From Eledone cirrhosa (taxonomy: Eukaryota): DNA of 64,000 bases. Under the pieces are notes generated by a model that was not told the DNA's origin, did not search any database, and saw only the letters and a program-made list of their open reading frames with translations. Below, piece by piece: positions 63,844-64,000 of the stretch. Where the stretch lies: the NCBI GenBank assembly GCA_964016885.1, contig OZ024753.1:6014001-6078000 (forward strand). Direction: 5' to 3'. Within the stretch, counting starts at the first letter, position 1. Every line of letters begins with the position of its first letter. Both the position numbers and the translations under genes were made by a program.

Positions 63844-63848
<5 letters not shown>
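63784..63848 (-). ncRNA. Family C hammerhead, diverged copy 3, truncated by the family A element
   Basis: cacaaaccctccatctcaat leader as at 57046; TTGAAAG-gca(caagaac)tgc-GAAA-acgg-TA-aagg. Confidence 0.5.
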
Positions 63849-63880
<32 letters not shown>

Positions 63881-64000
63881 TTATAAGAACCGTATAAAAG
63901 CGAAGAATAATCTAAAGCTCAAATGTGATCCGCCATAAAGGGAAGATGCTTTAATCGTTTATTTTATTTCCCCGTTTCATCCTTCCTGAATTTTATATAT

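Overview
This is very AT-rich, repeat-dominated eukaryotic DNA with no confidently identifiable intact host gene. The tRNA-derived SINE family, the kb-scale (TA)n arrays and the R4/Dong plus RTE LINE content suggest an octopus or other coleoid cephalopod intron or intergenic region (inference, not searched). Nearly all long ORFs in the track are microsatellite artefacts. Supported content: (i) more than 25 copies of a tRNA-derived SINE family; (ii) a decayed L1/Tx1-clade LINE at 15.7-18.6 kb with an endonuclease-to-RT internal deletion and a SINE in place of its 3' end; (iii) an RTE-type LINE 3' end carrying three tandem C2H2 fingers; (iv) six R4/Dong-type LINE fragments; (v) a weak LTR/DIRS-type RT relic; (vi) large compound microsatellites. 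The most interesting signal is about 15 short non-coding elements in or next to (TA)n tracts. They carry hammerhead-ribozyme folds from at least 6 unrelated sequence families and/or a fold-back 'inverted arm + long arm + tail' architecture typical of Penelope-like element (PLE) termini. One family (3 copies) has a compensatory U3-A8 catalytic core instead of C3-G8. Another (4 copies, two identical in the long arm) forms 57-60 bp hairpins that start at a near-fixed point inside the ribozyme fold. All RNA folds were paired by eye and are untested.
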